From NCBI RefSeq assembly GCF_964355755.1, contig NC_092675.1:62001-126000 (forward strand): a stretch of 64,000 nucleotides of DNA, read 5' to 3'. The notes under the pieces were generated by a model. The model saw only the letters and a list, made by a program, of their open reading frames with translations. It had not been told where the DNA came from and searched no databases. Below are positions 58,201 through 64,000 of this stretch, piece by piece (positions within the stretch are counted from its first letter, which is position 1; the number at the start of each line of letters is the position of its first letter). The stretch is from Antedon mediterranea (taxonomy: Eukaryota; Animalia; Echinodermata). The translations under genes were made by a program, and so were the position numbers.

Positions 58201-61200
58201 CCCAGCGAAAATAAACATGTGGAATTGTTTATTTTAGAAAACATTCAATTGAACTTTATTTTCCAATACAATAATCACAATAAAATTGTGTAGCAATATA
58301 ATATATTGCTACACAATTTTATTGTGATTATGTTAAATCCACGTTCTTGTAGTTTTTGATTTATAGAATAATAACTGTGTCACACACTTTTCCGGACAGA
58401 TTGCATTGACAATCCTTGTTTAAACCCAAGTTCTTGTGTTTCATTCACAACCCCAGTTGGATACCGATGTGCTTGTAATGTTGCCGGTTACGATATCGCA
58501 TGCATGACTAATACAAGACGATTAACTTCTTCGACTACAATATTCAATAAGCCTAAATCTATATTTTACATTGACACAATTGATTTTTTTTTTATTTCAA
58601 TTGTAGTATGTGATCTCAACCCTTGTCCAATGGCATATACTTGTAGTAAACCGTCAGATGGAAACGGAGGCCTATTCATGTAGAGGCCTACTACTGTATC
58701 TCGTCTGCTACGCCCCTACGACTATCTAGGTCATGGGGCAACGGACGAACGAATCAAGGCAATACAGTGACTTACTGTACACTATAATAATATATATTTT
58801 AGGCTAAACATAAATAAAAAATATGTTTGGTTTGGATTTAAGGTTTTTAGTCGCGTGGACGCGACTCTATAGTTCACTATGTCGGTCGGTCGGTCTGTCG
58901 GTCTGTCTGTCGGTCCGGTATCACTATGCGTTTTATCGCTTTTCTGTATACTTTTTGAACTGTTTTGATGTACAGAAAAGTTTTAAAGTACATTACTTTT
59001 TGAAAGTTCATTTTTTTCTGAGAGCACACGACTTATGGCTGTTGGCCTTGTTCTGAGTACTTACTTTTTATAGAACTTCAATTTTATAATCCTTGTTTTA
59101 TACTATATTATTACTTACATACTTATATTTTAATTGTTCTTACTATTATTGTGTTACATAATAATACTCACCCGATTCTGCTACTGTCAATAGGTATGTA
59201 TCTGTATAACTATCAGCAAGTGTATGCTGTCTGCATAAATGCTGTACTTTTAACAAACATATATTATAGAGTATTATAGAGGGTGCTATATAGAGTAAAT
59301 ACAGCATTTATGCAGACAGCAACGTGGATAACTTTCTATAGTTATACAGATATCACCTAGTGACAGTAGCAGAATCGGTTGTAATACTAAGTACTAGACA
59401 AAGTGGTGTAAATTTCATTCCAACATAGTAATTTAGTAATGATTGAACGAAAACAAATTGTGACGGCACCTATGCTACACCCATAACGGAATAAAATTCC
59501 AAGTGCTATTAAAAACACTCAATATCAATATCAATTATTGACTCAATGAAATCTTATAAAAAGTTATTCTATTGCATTTTATTTCTTTCAGGACCCCAGT
59601 GGAAATAAACATGTGTAATTGTTTAATTTAGAAAACATTCAATTCAACTTTATTTTCCAATACTTTAATAATTAATCACAATAAAATGCTGTAGCAATAT
59701 TTGTTTAATCCACGTTCTTGTAGTTGTCTATAGATTAAAACTGGATTCCAATGTAATTCGAAGCTGCTGTGTCAACATGTAGAGAAAATTGTAAATTTGT
59801 TTACACACTTTAATCTTTCAGATTGCATTGACACTCCCTGTTTTGGCCTAAACACAGGTGATTGTTCTTCATTGACAAACCCAATTGGATACCAATGTGA
59901 TTGTACTGTTGCCGGTTACGATTTTAACGCATGTATAACTAAATCAAGTAAGACGATCATCTTCTTCATGACCACAATATTCAATCAGCCTAATCTATAT
60001 TTATATTGACACAATTAATTTATCTTTTTAATTCATTGGTAGTATGTGATCTCAACCCTTGTCCCATGGAATATACCTGTAGTACACTGTCAGATGGAAA
60101 CGTATTCATTTGCTCCTGTCCTGCTGGTTACTTAGGGGAACATTGTGAAATATATAATGGTAAGATTTATTCTTTCTTTAACAATTTATATTTTTACCAA
60201 TAAATTCTAATTTCATAGTGTGAAAGAACAACATACACTAATCAATTTTAGTTTTGATGTAAGTTGTTTTCTTACATATTAGAAATAATGTTTATAATAA
60301 AAAATATTTCATGTCCTTTCCGCAACCTGTTCATTCCGCAACCATGCGAACACGAATTACTTTAGCAACCTCTAATTTTTAAAGGTGCATGATAAATTGT
60401 AGTCAAACTCAACAATTGATTGTGTCTGTTTGGATTGCTTGTAGAACTGTTTTGGTGGATGACATGCACCTTACCAATCTTTGAGTCCTACAGTAGGCCC
60501 GAATCCCGGTTCTGGCATTTGTTCATAACAATATTTCATGTCCTATAGGCCTAAGTCAAGTGAATTGTATTTGGAAGAACTAATTTCATATTTTCATTAA
60601 TTATACCTTTTGTCTATACTAAGAAAATATTATTTAAACTGAATTCTTGTTACAGTAAGCAGAAGAGTTACTTACGACGGATTATTTCAATTATCTAACT
60701 CTATAACTAATATTATTTTTCAGCATGTTATAATAGCCCTTGTCCAGGAGGTACGGAATGCACTTGGTACACAAAGCCAACAAGGTACACATGTGCCTGT
60801 CCTACTGGCAGCAGCGACAATCAGTGTGGTAAGAAATACTGTAAATCTGTTTATGCAATAATATACATAGAACGCCATTAAATTCGATTTAATACTAGGC
60901 AGAACAGAAGCTGGCTAATGAAAATAAGAAATACAGAAGTAGTAAATATATGAAGATCACTATTTAAAAGTATACACGATTCCGAACATGGGGACTTGAA
61001 CGAAGAATTACACAAACCCGACAACCTCGAACATTATTAATAGGCCTATCAGATTCCCCAAAATAATCTTATATTATTATACAGACGTATAGGTAAATGT
61101 TATTAGAATAAGCCGGCTTGATATACTGTTTAGGCCATGAGAACAATTATATTGGTACTTACAAAAAAACTACAAATTCTAAGATATACGACAGTTTAAA

Positions 61201-63458
61201 AACAATACTTGTTTATCTATACACAATTTTAAACATAGTAGGTTTCATTTATTAATGCTTTTTATCATTGATTTAATTAAATACTTATCACAAACAGAAA
61301 TAAACTCCAGATTAATTCAACTAACGTTATAATATCATGATTACCACACCTTAGAATTAGGCCTCATAAGTACTTTTATGAAAGAGGTTCACATAAAAAG
61401 TAACAAATACATGCTTGGTTTTATTTATAAATAAAAATTGAGTTTATAGCCTCTCTACCCAGACAACGGACACGAACAGAATAAAACAACAATAATAACT
61501 TTTTCATAAGTACGTTTTTTTTAAATCAATTTTTAGCGTCAGTTTACTGCCATCGACATATTTTAATTAATTGTATTTTTTTTAAATGTATATGAATGTA
61601 AATGTGGTTACTTCTTAACATCAAAATAATCTTAGTCTTATGTATATACTGTTCAAAAGATACGTATTTTTTTAACAATGTACCTTATAAATAAGAGAAT
61701 TATATAAATGTGCATATATACATATATTATTTATATTTATAGAACTATAATAAAAGTGGGACGAACCCACACAAGACAAAAAAAAACAAAAAAAAATTGG
61801 TGATTTTACAGACGTGTTTCTCGCACACTCTTTCGCATACTCAACTTTCAATATTTTCGTTTCTATGGAGCGCCAAAAGAGCAACGATAATAGAGGGCTA
61901 AGAATGCGTCTACATTTAATGCATTTATTAGTGAAATGCACGTTTAATTTCAATATGTTTTGTCAATTTGTCAATAAAAATGCTGTAATGTGTTATTGCT
62001 GATACTCTTCTATTTTCAAAGAATATTAATCGATCTTAAAATCAGCATCACTACTTACCCTAGGCCTAGTCAAGGGCGACATAAGGGGATATGATGAATT
62101 TGTCGATTTTATTCTTAAAGTTAACGAAACCGTGTAAAGTATCAACAGTAACATTTTATTTGTATCGACAGTGACAAAATATATTGAATTGAACATGATT
62201 TTCACCAAAAAAAATGAGTTAAATAGATAGAATCCACATAGTTTTTATCTATCTAATAATGTTGTTCTTTTGGCGTTCCATAGACACAAAATATTGAACA
62301 TAGAGTATGCGAAACTCGCATGAGAAAAAAGTCTGTAAAATCATCAATTTATTTAAAGAATTTATTGTTATTTTATTGATTCTTCTTCATCTAATTCTAA
62401 GGTGTGGTATTCAAGATACAGTTCAATTGGTTAACAAATAGAGTTAAAATACAAGGCAGGTGCGAAAGAGAACTATTGGTAATTTTAGATCTTGGTTCTT
62501 ATAGGTTTCGTGATCTTATGTCTTTTGGGGTCTTAGCTTTCGTGATCTTGGGTTTCATGACACCCTGATAAAACTTCATAAATTTATTAATATCAGTGTT
62601 ATTTCGAAAATCTAGGTATTGTAATAAAATGCGCTGTAATAGAAATTTGATACAAAAGTATACCGTTGACAATGAATGAATGATGTAAAACCACATTTAT
62701 TTATTTATAATTAATGTTGTTTGTGTGCATAGTATAATTATTTGCAGCTTGTTACGCTAGTCCATGTGGACCTGATTGCCAATCTTCCACTATACACATA
62801 TGATTGTCATGAGGGTTACATGGGTGACCATGCCTTCTTTAGTTTTATGTGGTTGCACTTGTGTATACTAATAATGTATATGTACATCATATAGACGATA
62901 ATCCTAGAGTTACCTGCCCAGGTAACATTGACGAAGATATAGGAAACACAGGCCAGACTTCAGTGACCTGGGATGACCCAGTAGTCATTGACAATGTTGA
63001 TACTGGTCTGTCAGCTACTTGTACTCCACCTTCTGGTTCATCATTTAATGTTGGTTCATATAGTGTCACGTGTACTGCTACTGATAGTACTGATAATAAT
63101 GGAAGCTGCATATTTACAGTTCTCGTCAATGGTAAGTTTTTATATTTAATTATAAAGATCGATAAATAATAATTTTTAAAATAATAATAAAAATAATAAT
63201 AATATGTATCACATGTAGACATTGATCATCCTAGTGTTACCTGCCCTGGTAACATTGACGAAGATATAGGAAGAACAGGACAAAGTACAGTGACCTGGGA
63301 TGACCCCTCAGTGAGTGACAATGTTGATACTGGTCTGTCAGCTACTTGTACTCCACCTTCTGGTTCATCATTTAATGTTGGTTCATATAGTGTTACGTGT
63401 ACTGCTACTGATAATGCTGGTAATCATGGTAGCTGCATATTTACAATTCACATTAACG
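55244..63458 (+). CDS. partly decayed gene with chitin-binding (CBM14), EGF-like and HYR (hyalin repeat) exons; probably continues beyond the window
   Basis: Exons: 55244-55279; 55377-55538 (broken CBM14); EGF 57092-57211, 58400-~58516 (donor lost), 58606-~58667 (truncated), 59822-59947, 60043-60159, 60724-60828, ~62748-62832 (decayed); HYR 62895-63131 and 63219-63458. Confidence 0.65.
55377..55538 (+). pseudogene. decayed chitin-binding type 2 (peritrophin-A) exon
   Basis: LCDQRSDGNYAHPTNCSVYVPCVNGGSVVQPCPKGLV, then ENVPC in another frame. The FN...CD segment is missing and the acceptor is out of phase. Confidence 0.75.
55560..56180 (-). mobile_element. decayed LINE endonuclease fragment
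   Basis: The minus ORF 55887-56108 has IIDLIFTS...ANSDHHMV, and an upstream GEFNIDY resembles GDFN. Confidence 0.7.
56255..56345 (-). mobile_element. DeuSINE-like conserved-domain fragment
   Basis: Minus-strand gtccttcggatgggacgtaaagcc...agagtagggggtcgtccccggtg resembles the Deu/Nin SINE central domain, as recalled, with an internal deletion. Confidence 0.45.
57975..58085 (-). mobile_element. HINE/DINE-like (Helentron-associated) element, short copy
   Basis: Reverse complement of the ends of 58844-59052, with an agtcgcgt-cc-acgcgact hairpin and (GACA/GACC)n. Absent from the paralogous site in copy B. Confidence 0.75.
58844..59052 (+). mobile_element. HINE/DINE-like (Helentron-associated) element
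   Basis: ttttt-agtcgcgtggacgcgact 5' hairpin, (GTCG/GTCT)n microsatellite, 3' cgactt...ggctgttggcc-ttgtt. Inserted in a T run and absent from copy A. Confidence 0.78.
59165..59386. mobile_element. near-palindromic MITE
   Basis: Inverted arms ccgattctgctactgtca / tgacagtagcagaatcgg and tgctgtctgcataaatgctgta / tacagcatttatgcagacagca. Absent from copy A. Confidence 0.85.
62895..63458 (+). CDS. two HYR (hyalin repeat) exons, 62895-63131 and 63219-63458
   Basis: D..P.VTCPGNI...VTWDDP...DNVD...TCTPPSGSSFNVGSYSVTCTATD...N.GSCIFTV.V; phase 1-1, highly similar to each other. Confidence 0.92.
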
Positions 63459-64000
63459 GTTAGTTCGTTAGATTTTATAATAACAATCCCTACTTTAGGC
63501 AGTCTGACTTTAGGTAGGGATAACATTTGTACTGAATTAATAAAAACGAACGGTAGGCTTACAATATGAAATGCAGTGGAAAAGTCATCGCGTATCTAAT
63601 TTTTGTTAAATTGTGTTACGTAAGTCAATTAATAAATGGATAGTATAGCAGCCATAACAAAATAACAACAGTGTAATTACAAAGATTTAATGTAAAGTTC
63701 ATAGTAAACGAGTGTAAAGCTTACGTTTTTTCCAAGACGGTTAGTTTTGCAGTTCTGTGATTCCAATCGTTTGTAGTTAGAGAGACCATTCTGTAAAACT
63801 GTGTAGTGGCTGCAGAGGAGTCTACTCGTAACATAACGACAGTACATATAAACTGATGAAGTCTAGCTGTGAGGTGGACGAAGTTTTAAACTGGTTTAAG
63901 GTGGTGACTGTTCAAAGTACTCTAAGATTTAACATTTAATATTGATTAAGCCTGCTATTCCCATCCGCCCACCCTTCCCCCGCCCCACCCAATTTAATTA

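Larger units (their letters stand above)
57360..60102 (+). repeat. tandem segmental duplication (copy A ~57360-58667, copy B ~58684-60102)
   Basis: aggcctactactgtatctcgtctgc, acgaacgaatcaaggcaata, gtggtgtaaatttcattccaacatag and two EGF exons each occur twice in the same order. Confidence 0.9.

Overview
AT-rich, intron-containing animal genomic DNA. It is most likely an invertebrate deuterostome such as an echinoderm, an inference from hyalin-repeat exons, a Gmr1-type Gypsy element and a Deu-domain SINE fragment. The first ~19 kb has no supportable coding gene; it holds minisatellites, telomere-like hairpin repeats, MITEs and a 2.7 kb foldback element. Three spliced + strand genes follow. (1) An 18-exon RET receptor tyrosine kinase (19316-33224, ~894 aa) with an apparently half-length cadherin-like ectodomain. 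(2) A signal peptide + EGF-repeat + transmembrane gene (34920-51150) in which 3 of 9 EGF exons are broken. (3) A partly decayed chitin-binding/EGF/HYR gene (55244 to at least 63458) with a tandem duplication. An intron of gene 2 holds a complete Gmr1-type Gypsy element (integrase before RT, SCAN-like Gag). Its 3' LTR carries two nested insertions, a non-autonomous hAT element and a full-length CR1 LINE. A 5'-truncated LINE with an open RT frame lies at 52179-55166. All exon and element boundaries were read by eye; no database search was run.
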